From positions 2,845-66,844 of the forward strand of contig JAUYIT010000017.1 of the NCBI GenBank assembly GCA_030688315.1: 64,000 nt of DNA, read 5' to 3'. This document shows positions 40,043 to 48,852 of the stretch, in pieces (the first letter of the stretch is position 1; every line of letters begins with the position of its first letter). This stretch comes from Candidatus Komeilibacteria bacterium (lineage in GTDB: Bacteria > Patescibacteriota > Patescibacteriia > UBA1558 > UBA10009). The notes under the pieces are model-generated. The model was not told the origin of the DNA, made no database searches, and saw nothing but the letters and a program-made list of their open reading frames with translations. The position numbers and the translations under genes are program-made.

Positions 40043-41668
40043 ATGAATAAACAGATCAAAACCAAACTGATTTTTGTGACCGGTGGCGTTTGCTCGGGCT
40101 TGGGCAAGGGCACGGCTTCGGCGGCTACCGGCGCTTTGCTTAAAGCCAGCGGGTATAGCGTGTTTACCCTTAAACTGGATCCGTATTTAAACGTGGATCC
40201 GGGAACCATGAGCCCGTACCAGCACGGGGAGGTGTTTGTAACCGACGACGGTACCGAAGCGGATTTGGATCTGGGGCATTATGAACGCTTTATTGACGTT
40301 AATTTATCCAAACTATCCAATTTAACCACCGGCCGGGTGTATCAGGATGTTTTAAACAAGGAACGGGTGGGCGACTTTTTAGGCAAAACTATTCAAATTG
40401 TGCCGCATATTACCGACGCCATCAAATTATATATTAACAAAGTGGCCGCGGCCACTAAAGCGGATTTTTTGATGATTGAAATAGGCGGTACGGTCGGCGA
40501 TATTGAAGGCGAACCCTACGTGGAAGCGGCCAGACAGCTGCATAATGAACTGGGCAACGCGGGCGTGATGTTTATCCATGTCACTCTAGTGCCCTACATC
40601 GGCGCTTCCAATGAACTTAAAACCAAACCGACCCAAACTTCGGTCAGAGAACTTCAGCACCGCGGCGTTAACCCCGATATCATCATTGCCCGCAACGATT
40701 ACCAGTTAAGCAAAGCCGAGGTGGAAAAAATCAGCTTGTTTTGCAACGTCAAAAAAGAAGCGGTTATTGACGGCAAAACCGTCAAAAGCATTTACGAAAT
40801 TCCCCTGATGTATGAAAAAAACAACCACTTAACCCGGCAGATCTCCGAGCATTTTGGCCTTAATTACAAAAAACCGGATTTAAAGGACTGGGAAAATCTG
40901 GTTAGAAAAATTAAGGACGGCAAAAAAACCATTGCCATCGGTTTGGTGGGCAAATATACCGAAAATAACGACGCTTATTTAAGCGTAACCGAGGCCTTAA
41001 AAGCCGCCTCATACGATAACAACGTTAAACTGGAGCTGACCTGGATTAATGCCGATAAAATTGAAAAGCACGATAAAAAAGAAATGGGTTTAATGAAGTC
41101 CATGGACGGCCTGCTGATTCCCGGCGGTTTTGGCAAGCGGGGCACGGAAGGAAAAATTTTGGCCGCCAAGTACGCGCGCGAAAGCCAAACGCCTTATTTT
41201 GGCCTGTGCTTGGGCGCGCAACTGATGGCCATTGAATTTGCCCGCAATGTAGTCGGCTTAGCCGACGCCACCTCGGAAGAATTTAACCCCAAGGCCAAAA
41301 ATTTAGTCGTGCATTTTTTACCGGGCCAATCCGAAGGCCGGGCTAAGGGCGGAACTTTGCGTTTGGGATCTTACCCGTGCGTGGTTAAAAAGGGGACCAC
41401 GGCTTACCGCGCCTATAAAACCGCCAGAATTGATGAGCGGCACCGCCATCGCTATGAATTCAATAACGATTACCGCGCCCAACTGGAAAAAGCCGGCCTT
41501 ATTATTTCCGGCGATTCGCCCAAACATAATTTAATGGAAATCGTGGAAATCAAAGGGCATCCGTTTATGCTGGGTACCCAGTTCCATCCGGAATTTAAAT
41601 CACGGCCTTTACGGCCGCATCCCTTGTTTAGGGAATTTATCAAGGCCTGCGCGGTTAAGAAAAAATAA
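40043..41668 (+). CDS. pyrG: CTP synthase
   Basis: GGVCSGLGKG, KLDPYLNVDPGTM, GLCLG, RHRHRYE, QFHPEF. Confidence 0.98.
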   Translation: MNKQIKTKLIFVTGGVCSGLGKGTASAATGALLKASGYSVFTLKLDPYLNVDPGTMSPYQHGEVFVTDDGTEADLDLGHYERFIDVNLSKLSNLTTGRVYQDVLNKERVGDFLGKTIQIVPHITDAIKLYINKVAAATKADFLMIEIGGTVGDIEGEPYVEAARQLHNELGNAGVMFIHVTLVPYIGASNELKTKPTQTSVRELQHRGVNPDIIIARNDYQLSKAEVEKISLFCNVKKEAVIDGKTVKSIYEIPLMYEKNNHLTRQISEHFGLNYKKPDLKDWENLVRKIKDGKKTIAIGLVGKYTENNDAYLSVTEALKAASYDNNVKLELTWINADKIEKHDKKEMGLMKSMDGLLIPGGFGKRGTEGKILAAKYARESQTPYFGLCLGAQLMAIEFARNVVGLADATSEEFNPKAKNLVVHFLPGQSEGRAKGGTLRLGSYPCVVKKGTTAYRAYKTARIDERHRHRYEFNNDYRAQLEKAGLIISGDSPKHNLMEIVEIKGHPFMLGTQFHPEFKSRPLRPHPLFREFIKACAVKKK

Positions 41669-41680
41669 AGCATTTAAACT

Positions 41681-41714
41681 AAAACGCCTTCAGTTGTAAC
41701 TGAAGGTGTTTTTT
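41681..41714. terminator. Intrinsic terminator after pyrG (probably bidirectional)
   Basis: AAAACGCCTTCAGTT-GT-AACTGAAGGTGTTTTTT. Confidence 0.8.
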
Positions 41715-41734
41715 GATCAAAATATAAAGTTTGA

Positions 41735-41854
41735 TTATCTGCGCTTTTTGGCGGCCTTGGCTTCCAGCATTACTTTTTTAGCCGCCAACCTTTTGGTGGT
41801 TTTGTCCGAGCTGGATTTTTGCTTGCGGCCAAAGGCCTTTCTGCGTTTTGACAT
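41735..41854 (-). CDS. Unannotated 39-aa highly basic protein MSKRRKAFGRKQKSSSDKTTKRLAAKKVMLEAKAAKKRR
   Basis: Clean ATG-to-TAA frame, its own promoter upstream, terminator downstream, GC-containing codons inside an AT-rich spacer. Confidence 0.7.
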   Translation of the reverse strand: MSKRRKAFGRKQKSSSDKTTKRLAAKKVMLEAKAAKKRR

Positions 41855-41879
41855 ATGACTATAAAGTTAATTTTACTAT

Positions 41880-41936
41880 AGTATACTCCTTTTTATGCCT
41901 TTGTCAATTGACATTTGCCTTAAAATACCTTATCAT
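41880..41936. promoter_or_regulatory. Back-to-back divergent sigma70 promoters
   Basis: Minus TTGACA-16-TATACT (41907-41880); plus TTGACA-17-TATCAT (41908-41936); the -35 boxes abut as TGTCAATTGACA. Confidence 0.7.
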
Positions 41937-41957
41937 TTTATCCTAGTAGGCAATTAT

Positions 41958-42031
41958 TCGGGGATCGTCTAATGGTAGGACAGCGGGTTTTGGTCCCGTC
42001 AATTGGGGTTCGACTCCCTGTCCCCGAGCCA
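41958..42031 (+). tRNA. tRNA-Gln(TTG)
   Basis: Acceptor stem TCGGGGA/TCCCCGA, D-arm, anticodon loop TT-TTG-GT, GGTTCGACTCC T-loop, encoded CCA. Confidence 0.95.
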
Positions 42032-42073
42032 ATAAAAAAACACCAACAGCTGTTGGCGTTTTTTTATTGGCTC
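42026..42073 (+). terminator. Long hairpin/terminator overlapping the tRNA 3' end
   Basis: GAGCCAATAAAAAAACACCAAC-AGCT-GTTGGCGTTTTTTTATTGGCTC. Confidence 0.7.
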
Positions 42074-42087
42074 ATAAAAAGTACATT

Positions 42088-42116
42088 TTGACTAAATTGT
42101 ACTAATTAGCTATACT
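42088..42116 (+). promoter_or_regulatory. sigma70 promoter with overlapping GTAC repeats
   Basis: TTGACT-17-TATACT; AGTACA at 42080 and TGTACT at 42098. Confidence 0.65.
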
Positions 42117-42248
42117 TACTTTGTTAGGAATGCTTTAAACGGCAGAGTTACATTGCTAGCATCTTTATTAAATTAATTTATCAGGTTTTAAAGGTCGATC
42201 TACCGTAAAATTACTAAATTTCATGTTTAAAATTAACCATCAAAAACT

Positions 42249-43289
42249 ATGTTAATTACTTTATTTATCGCCACTCTGCTGGCCGTAACCGGCGGCATCA
42301 GCTTGGCGGCCGAGGGTTCTTTGCCCGGCCAAACCCTGTATCCGGTTAAATTAGGGGTCAATGAACAGGTTAAATCGGCCCTGACCTTTGGCTCGGAAAA
42401 TGAAGCCCATTGGTCCATTGAACAAGCCATGAGACGTTTGGGAGAAACGGTCAATTTATCGGCCAACAGCGAGTTGAGCGCTGAAGAAACCCTTTTAATC
42501 TCTCAAAGGTTAAAAGATTATTTGGCCAAGGTTGATTCATTGTCCGATAAGTTGTCGGCGGAAGGCCGAGTGGAAGCGGCTCTGCGAATTAACGCCAAAG
42601 CGTCCGCGTCTTTAAGCACCTATAACGAAATGCTGGCTTCCTTGTCAGTTCAGGCCGAGGCGGACGGCAATTTGGCCCTAAAAACCAACCTGGATTCAAT
42701 TAAAGAGGTTGTGGTTAACGGTCTGTCCGCGTTAGTGGGTCAAGAAGCGGAATTAAAGGCCAAGTTGGAGGCGTCTTCTGATGACAGTAAAATGGAGGCC
42801 ACGGCCGGAGTTAAGGTGGCCGCTAACAACAAGATTAGCGAGGTTAAAAAATACCTTGAACTTAAGTCCAATGATATTTCCGCCGAAGTAGCAGCAGATG
42901 TTAGTATGCATCTGGATTTGGCTGATCAAGCCAAATTGGAAGGCGATAGCAAGCTGGAAGCCAAGGCGTATGCCGAAGCTTTAGTTTTATATCGTTCCGC
43001 CTTTAGGCACGCCCAGGAAGCCAAGGCCATTATTCATGCTGGTTTAAGCATTAAGGCCGCCTTAGGCGACCCCCAGGACAAGGCCAGATTTGAAGGCATT
43101 TCCGAAAGATTCAGGGATATGCTGAAGTTAAGGTTTGACGCCGAAGGCAATACTAATGCCAACGTTAACGTCCAAATGGACGATGACAAGAATGATGTTG
43201 AAGAGGATGAAGACGATAATGAAGAAGATGACCGTGGCGATTTGGAATTAAAACTGGAAGGCAACGTTAACGGTAATCTGGAATTGTAA
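42249..43289 (+). CDS. DUF5667-domain secreted helical protein with an acidic tail
   Basis: Signal peptide; SLPGQTLYPVK..NEQV..AL motif; D/E-rich C-terminus. Confidence 0.8.
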   Translation: MLITLFIATLLAVTGGISLAAEGSLPGQTLYPVKLGVNEQVKSALTFGSENEAHWSIEQAMRRLGETVNLSANSELSAEETLLISQRLKDYLAKVDSLSDKLSAEGRVEAALRINAKASASLSTYNEMLASLSVQAEADGNLALKTNLDSIKEVVVNGLSALVGQEAELKAKLEASSDDSKMEATAGVKVAANNKISEVKKYLELKSNDISAEVAADVSMHLDLADQAKLEGDSKLEAKAYAEALVLYRSAFRHAQEAKAIIHAGLSIKAALGDPQDKARFEGISERFRDMLKLRFDAEGNTNANVNVQMDDDKNDVEEDEDDNEEDDRGDLELKLEGNVNGNLEL

Positions 43290-43293
43290 TTAC

Positions 43294-43409
43294 GGCGCGG
43301 CCTGACGCATTGTTAAAATTATTAATAGATTTTAAAACGTAGAGACACAAAATTTTGTGTCTCTACGTTGTTTTAATTACCGCCTATGTGTAAAGCGTCA
43401 GGCCGCGCC
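43294..43409. mobile_element. MITE-like structure: 15-bp terminal inverted repeats enclosing a 34-bp perfect GTAG-type REP palindrome
   Basis: GGCGCGGCCTGACGC (43294-43308) / GCGTCAGGCCGCGCC (43395-43409); AACGTAGAGACACAAAATTTTGTGTCTCTACGTT at 43336-43369; no target duplication seen. Confidence 0.5.
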
Positions 43410-43715
43410 CGCGCCTTTGGTGGTTCGGTTGATTGCCTTAATCAATTCCACAATCAGATAATTGACAATATAGTAAATAATCAGGGCGAACAGCGCGGAA
43501 AATTCAATGGTAAACCGTCCATCCAGCTGGGGCGAGGGGAAAATATTGCTGAACGGATAAAGCAGGGGCGAACTGGTTTCGTAGATCCAAGATACAAAGG
43601 GCGTACTCGGATTGGCCCCAAACAGCTTTAAAATAATTCTCAGGCCGATAATTGTTTCCATAATGCCAAAGAGCACGTTGACTAAGGTGATAAAGAAGGC
43701 CGGTATTTTGCCCAT
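43398..43715 (-). CDS. YggT family membrane protein
   Basis: LRIILKLFGANP..FVSWIYETSSPLLYPF. Confidence 0.8.
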   Translation of the reverse strand: MGKIPAFFITLVNVLFGIMETIIGLRIILKLFGANPSTPFVSWIYETSSPLLYPFSNIFPSPQLDGRFTIEFSALFALIIYYIVNYLIVELIKAINRTTKGAGAA

Positions 43716-43744
43716 ATGTTTAGTGGTTATTGCTTAACACGGTT

Positions 43745-43804
43745 AGCATACCATAAAATGTATATTTTGTAAAATATATACATTTTGTCAATTAGTGCTA
43801 TAAT
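43745..43804. promoter_or_regulatory. Divergent promoters with 9-bp-phased operator-like repeats
   Basis: Minus TTTACA-17-TATGCT; plus extended -10 TGcTATAAT; TGTATA/TGTAAA/TATACA/TGTCAA at 43759/43768/43777/43786. Confidence 0.6.
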
Positions 43805-43821
43805 TACAGTATCAGCAATAG

Positions 43822-43830
43822 TTATCCACA
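43822..43830 (+). promoter_or_regulatory. Consensus DnaA box
   Basis: TTATCCACA in a 5' leader. Confidence 0.4.
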
Positions 43831-43878
43831 GCGCCTAGCGCCAAAGACGGACCAAAGCTATGAAATTAAGGAAATTCT

Positions 43879-44655
43879 ATGAAAACACTTGTATATTTAA
43901 TGGTTTTGTTGGCCGGTTTAACCGGGCTGGGGGCGGGCTGTACTCAAAAGGCCGACTTAAGCTTGATTATGGAACCGGAACCCGAATTACTGGCGGAGGC
44001 CGGTTTAGACGGCCGGGTGGCGGAACAGATGCGCTTAAAGGACCAAATCAGCAAATTGTTGGAATTATCAAGTTCATTGATGGTTGAAATGGAAGCGTCA
44101 GACGCCAAAGCCGGCATAGTAAAAACTGATCTGGTTAAATCCGAGCTGGCCGATAAAATCAACGAGGCCAGGTTAAGCGCGGTTGAGCTGGAGCAGGCCA
44201 GCGGTCCGGACTGGGCAAAAGTTAAAAGCCAAGGCCAGCTGGCCTTAAACGCGTTGGCCGAAACTTATCTTGACTCATTAGTAAAATTCAACCAGAATGT
44301 CGGCGAGGCAAAAAAGATTCAACCGGTTGATCAGGAGGTTAGGATTATGGGTAAAAACGCTTTGGCGGCCCGTTTAAAACAAATCAAGGAAAATCTAGCC
44401 GGCCTGTTGGTGAGGGTGGAGCCCAGAACCAATGGCATGAACCCTGAGGTTCTGGAAGAATGGGATAGGGCCAAGGAAAAATTAGCTGAACAGCTATTCC
44501 TGTCTTACAAAAAAATCAATGAATTATCGTTAAAAAGCGGCAGTTGGGAAAGGTTGTACGTGGCGGCCAAGGATCAGCTAGCTGAGCTAAGCCGGTTATA
44601 CGTCAGCGCCCAAGCCAAGCATGATATTGAGCGCGCCAGCTTAACCATAAAGTGA
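43879..44655 (+). CDS. Putative lipoprotein, helical/coiled-coil
   Basis: Signal peptide ending LGAG-C; helical composition. Confidence 0.72.
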   Translation: MKTLVYLMVLLAGLTGLGAGCTQKADLSLIMEPEPELLAEAGLDGRVAEQMRLKDQISKLLELSSSLMVEMEASDAKAGIVKTDLVKSELADKINEARLSAVELEQASGPDWAKVKSQGQLALNALAETYLDSLVKFNQNVGEAKKIQPVDQEVRIMGKNALAARLKQIKENLAGLLVRVEPRTNGMNPEVLEEWDRAKEKLAEQLFLSYKKINELSLKSGSWERLYVAAKDQLAELSRLYVSAQAKHDIERASLTIK

Positions 44656-44677
44656 TTTTTTAAGTTCATTAAAACTA

Positions 44678-44702
44678 AAAACACCCCGAAAACGGGGTGT
44701 TT
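44678..44702. terminator. Bidirectional intrinsic terminator
   Basis: AAAACACCCCG-AAAA-CGGGGTGTTT between convergent genes. Confidence 0.75.
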
Positions 44703-44724
44703 GATACTTGCATCCGGAGACAAA

Positions 44725-44943
44725 TTATTTTGCTTTTTTAATCATAACATGTCTTTTTTGACTAAAGGTTTCACCTTTCAATGAGTGTTTGGAAAATTTG
44801 TTAGCCGTGTTATTGATAACGGGTTGGATTACCACCCAGGGCTTGCCATGCTTGGTAATCATCATATTTTCCTGATTATAATGCACATGATCGATTGTTT
44901 CTTGGAAGCGTTTTCTCGCTTCGGTTGCGGCATTTTGTAGCAT
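44725..44943 (-). CDS. Phd/YefM-family antitoxin-like DNA-binding protein (no toxin adjacent)
   Basis: ATEARKRF..TID.V......MITKHGKPWVVI matches the Phd/YefM pattern; ATG 44943 lies downstream of a predicted promoter. Confidence 0.8.
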   Translation of the reverse strand: MLQNAATEARKRFQETIDHVHYNQENMMITKHGKPWVVIQPVINNTANKFSKHSLKGETFSQKRHVMIKKAK

Positions 44944-44980
44944 ATGGTTATCTTGGTTAATGTTTTTAAAAGTCAACTCC

Positions 44981-45018
44981 AGTATAGTCCGTTTTGTATA
45001 TAATGTCAAATATGTCTA
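44981..45018 (-). promoter_or_regulatory. Promoter of the Phd/YefM gene with operator-like repeats
   Basis: Minus TTGACA-17-TATACT; TGTATA/TGTCAA/TGTCTA at 44995/45004/45013. Confidence 0.7.
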
Positions 45019-45143
45019 TTATCAGTAATGTCTTAAATAATTTCCTTCATTTTTATTAAAATTATGGGCAAATCAAAAAAGAAGCTGTGGATATCTTTTT
45101 ACTAATTAACAAATCAGGCAATATTTGCCTGACAAATAAACCT

Positions 45144-46088
45144 ATGAACAATAAATTAAGCATGTTTTTAGCCGGTCTGGCCTTGTTTTTAAGTCCGGGC
45201 TTGGTTATGGCGCAAAGCGCGCCCTTAGCGGTCACGGTGAACGGCCGAGTTTTAATTAATGTGGATCAGCGGGGCGAGGCCTGGTACGTTTGGCCCAAAA
45301 GCGTCCAGCGCTATTATTTAGCCAATGGCCAAATTACTCTGGGTGTGATGCAAAAAACCGGCCAAAAAACGACTAATACCGATTTGGCTAAAATAAAAAT
45401 CGGCATTATTAAGGATTCCCGGTTGCCCGACGCCGATATTGACGGCATCTGGGACGGTCAGGAAACGGCTTTGGGTATGAATCCAAACAGCGGCGATTCG
45501 GATAACGATGGCTATGCCGACGGCACCGAAATTGCCAATAATTACAGTCCGCTGGGTGCCGGTAAAATGATTACCGACGACAATTTTGCCAAAAGCAAAG
45601 CCGGTTATATTTTACTGCAATATCAAAATCACGGCGAGGCCTGGTACGTTTGGCCGGCTGACAATAAAAGGTATTATCTGGGTACGGGCGAGCAGGCCTT
45701 TATCGTCTTGACTCGCTTAGGCCTAGGTATTACCAACTCCGACTTGCTTAAAGTTCCCATCGCAGCTGATTCCGGTACGCCAACCGTAATTACCACCGAA
45801 AGCGTGGATATTTTGGCCGGAGAATATTTAATTTACCTTAAAAACGATCGGATTCTGATCGGACGGAATAAAAATTTGGCCATAACTTTTACCAATAAGG
45901 GCAATCAACCGCACCGTTTAATAATTACCGGCTTAGATGTTTTAACCGAACAGTTGCATCCCGGACAAAAGCAAACCATTCTAATTCCGGCCGGCTATCT
46001 GCATTCGGGCAATTATACGGTTGAAGAACTGACCGAAACCGATAGAAGCAAAGGCATGTTATTCAATTTTACCATTCAAATTATTTAA
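45144..46088 (+). CDS. Secreted protein with duplicated G.IL.....GEAWYV repeats, Ca-binding DxDxDG motifs and a cupredoxin-like C-terminus
   Basis: Two GEAWYVWP repeats (23-nt identical DNA at 45273 and 45633); DADIDG and DSDNDG; TFTNKG..PHRL. Confidence 0.72.
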   Translation: MNNKLSMFLAGLALFLSPGLVMAQSAPLAVTVNGRVLINVDQRGEAWYVWPKSVQRYYLANGQITLGVMQKTGQKTTNTDLAKIKIGIIKDSRLPDADIDGIWDGQETALGMNPNSGDSDNDGYADGTEIANNYSPLGAGKMITDDNFAKSKAGYILLQYQNHGEAWYVWPADNKRYYLGTGEQAFIVLTRLGLGITNSDLLKVPIAADSGTPTVITTESVDILAGEYLIYLKNDRILIGRNKNLAITFTNKGNQPHRLIITGLDVLTEQLHPGQKQTILIPAGYLHSGNYTVEELTETDRSKGMLFNFTIQII

Positions 46089-46112
46089 TTTATCCTAAAA
46101 TTTATCCAACCT

Positions 46113-47636
46113 ATGCCGATCAAGTTTTCTCGCAAAACATCAGTCAACGGTTATATTAAAGCGCTCTGGATTTTAGGCGCGCTGTTAATAATTGTTTTAG
46201 TTGTGCAAAGCGCCGGTTTGCCTAAAAAATACGGCAGTTTGTTTTTGGAACAGGTTTTTAAACAACCTCTTAAAATCGCGGCCACTTACGCCCAGCTGGT
46301 AGATTCGTTTGATGAAAATTTAACCGTGATTAAATGGCTCGGGGGGTTTGACAAGGAACGGGTTTATCTGGTGTTTTTTCAAAACACCGCGGAATTAAGG
46401 CCCACCGGCGGCTTTTGGGGCAGTTACGGCCTGTTAAAAGTTAAAGATGGCGCCATCACTTCATTGGTCATCGACGATATTTATCATTTGGACGATAAAA
46501 CCGTTAAGGCCCTGCCCCAAAAGCCGCCTCAGCCCCTGGCCGAGCATTTACAGGTCAAACAGTGGTTTATGCGCGATTTAAACTGGTCGCCGGATTTTGC
46601 TCAAACAGCTCGCTTGGCTTTGGCTTTTTACCGTTACTTGGACCCGCGGGGGAGTGTAATTCAAGAATCGCCTCAATCACAACCGTTGCAAGTAGATGGC
46701 GTGATTGCCGTTAACCCCAGTTTTATTTCCGAGCTGTTAAAAAAATACGGTTCGTTGGAAATTGATAATCAGCTTTATGAAGCCGATAATTTTTTGGCTA
46801 AAACCCAGTTTCAAACCAGCATCGGTTTTAGGGAAAAAAGGGTCAGCGATTGGGAGCGCAAGGAATTTTTACAGGAGTTGGCTGATAAGTTAATCGCTAA
46901 AATCGCGGCCACAAGCGGCGGTTTTAGCCTTGATGACTGGAAGGACTGGCAGCATTTTTGGCTGATGAATACGGCTCAAAAAAATCTTTTGCTTTACAGC
47001 GCGGAGCCGAGCATTCAAAGCTTTTTGGTAGCCAAAAATTGGGCGGGCGCTTTAAGGCAAAATCCGACGGGGGATTACCTGATGGTGGCGGACGCCAATC
47101 TGGCCAGCTTAAAAACCGACCCGGAAATTGAACGAAAAATCGTTCATCAAGTGGAGGTCGGCGATATCGGCCATTTGGTGACCACGCAAATTACCTATGT
47201 CCACCACGGACAGTTTGACTGGCGCACCACTCGGTATCGCACTTATGTCAGAGTTTACGTGCCTTTGGGCGTTGAACTTAAATCGGCTACGGTTAAAAAA
47301 GCTAATCAGGATGTTGTTGTTACCGACTCGATTAAGGTCAGTCAGGAACTTAATAAAACCGTGTTTGGCTATTTTTTATCAACCGAACCGCAAAGCGAAC
47401 AGACATTAATTTTGACCTACGTTTTACCTCAAATGGGTCCGGACAATTATTCTTTGCTGGTTCAAAAACAACCCGGAGCGGGCAGGCAAACAATTAGTTT
47501 GGAATACCAGGGTCCTCAAGCTGTGAGCCAGAACAATTGGCCGGGCCAGTATCACTTGAATCAAAATAAATTTATCGGCGACCCCGTGGACTTTGTACAG
47601 GATTTGGAGTTCAACCTGAATTTAGCGGACCGATAA
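46113..47636 (+). CDS. DUF4012-domain membrane-anchored protein
   Basis: YLVFFQNTAELRPTGGFWGSYG, RDLNWSPDF, VDGVIA, YVRVYVP, LLVQKQPG. Confidence 0.85.
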   Translation: MPIKFSRKTSVNGYIKALWILGALLIIVLVVQSAGLPKKYGSLFLEQVFKQPLKIAATYAQLVDSFDENLTVIKWLGGFDKERVYLVFFQNTAELRPTGGFWGSYGLLKVKDGAITSLVIDDIYHLDDKTVKALPQKPPQPLAEHLQVKQWFMRDLNWSPDFAQTARLALAFYRYLDPRGSVIQESPQSQPLQVDGVIAVNPSFISELLKKYGSLEIDNQLYEADNFLAKTQFQTSIGFREKRVSDWERKEFLQELADKLIAKIAATSGGFSLDDWKDWQHFWLMNTAQKNLLLYSAEPSIQSFLVAKNWAGALRQNPTGDYLMVADANLASLKTDPEIERKIVHQVEVGDIGHLVTTQITYVHHGQFDWRTTRYRTYVRVYVPLGVELKSATVKKANQDVVVTDSIKVSQELNKTVFGYFLSTEPQSEQTLILTYVLPQMGPDNYSLLVQKQPGAGRQTISLEYQGPQAVSQNNWPGQYHLNQNKFIGDPVDFVQDLEFNLNLADR

Positions 47637-47640
47637 TTTA

Positions 47641-48852
47641 TTAGTAGTAATTTTTTAGAGTGCTGCTGCTGATGGCCTGGGCATAGATGACCATCAGTTT
47701 TTCGTAATATTTGTCGGCACTGTATTGGCGGGAAGCGTTTAAGCTGTTGGTGGATAAATTAACTGTCAGTTTAGGATTAAAATCAAATTGTTTTAAAATA
47801 CCCGGCAGTTCCTGATAGTTGGCAAATAAAAAGCCGTTGTGTTTATGCCTGATCAATTCTTGGAGTCCGCCTACGTTTTTGGCAATCACCGGGGTGCCTA
47901 GGGCCATAGCTTCCAAAACAATGTAGGGGCAGTTTTCGGGCCAGAGCGAGGGAATAATTACGGCTTTGGCGCGGCTGATCATCATTTTTAAGTCAGCATT
48001 GTCCAGGTGTCCTAGTAGCTCAATGTTTTTGTTTATTGGTCCCGTTAAATCGCCACTGCCGGCGATTTTTAAATTCCAGTTTGGGTGGCTGTTAAAAAAA
48101 TCAATCAGCTGGTTAATGCCTTTTTCGGGAGTCAGCCGGCCGGCGTAAAGGTAAAAATTTTCTTTGGGGGCCAAGCTTAACCCCGCGATTTGGGCCGGTA
48201 AAAAATTAGGCAGATGTTTTATTTTGGCGGGATCAAAACCGAATTGGGTAAATTTTTGAGCCAAATAATAACTGGGCGCGATCAACGCGTCGATTTTTTG
48301 GTAAACTTTCCGCTTATAGTTGTAATAGCTTTCTAGCGCGGCTATCCCGCTTTTAACCCAGGACGACTGGTAACAGCGGTGGGTAAAGCAGGCGCCGAAT
48401 TTTTTTCTTAAGGCGGCCTGCCAGCAATCATGTTTAGGGGAGTACAGGTTGTAATTGGGGCTGATCAACTGGTAATCGTGCAAAGTCATTACTTGTGGGA
48501 TTTGTTTTTTAAAAAAGTAATCAATAATGCCCGTACCGATTTGGTAGTTGATGTTGTTTAAATGCGCCAAATCTGGTTGCCACCAGCGGGTTAATTGGTC
48601 AAGCTTGGTTTTTATTTCCGAACGGTAAAAAATTTTGGGCAATTCGGCAATTTTTTGGAGTAAAGGCAGGGCTTCTAAATTATCATGGCCGATAAAAAAA
48701 CTACTGTCGGCGTGTGGCAGGTTAACTGTACTGTTGGCGGCGATAACTCTGACTTCATGGCCCTGATCAGTCAGCATTTTTTCCAACGACAGGACGTATT
48801 TTTCAGCACCGCCCTTAAGGTAGTAAAATTTGTTGACCAATAATATTTTCAT
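47641..48852 (-). CDS. GT4 glycosyltransferase
   Basis: NKFYYLKGGAE, TLHDY, GRLTPEKG, ENCPYIVLEAMA. Confidence 0.92.
   Translation of the reverse strand: MKILLVNKFYYLKGGAEKYVLSLEKMLTDQGHEVRVIAANSTVNLPHADSSFFIGHDNLEALPLLQKIAELPKIFYRSEIKTKLDQLTRWWQPDLAHLNNINYQIGTGIIDYFFKKQIPQVMTLHDYQLISPNYNLYSPKHDCWQAALRKKFGACFTHRCYQSSWVKSGIAALESYYNYKRKVYQKIDALIAPSYYLAQKFTQFGFDPAKIKHLPNFLPAQIAGLSLAPKENFYLYAGRLTPEKGINQLIDFFNSHPNWNLKIAGSGDLTGPINKNIELLGHLDNADLKMMISRAKAVIIPSLWPENCPYIVLEAMALGTPVIAKNVGGLQELIRHKHNGFLFANYQELPGILKQFDFNPKLTVNLSTNSLNASRQYSADKYYEKLMVIYAQAISSSTLKNYY

Noticed and set aside
45273-45655. 23-nt exact direct repeat
   Set aside because: Explained by the internal protein repeat GEAWYVWP; no adenine-specific variation or reverse transcriptase that would suggest a DGR
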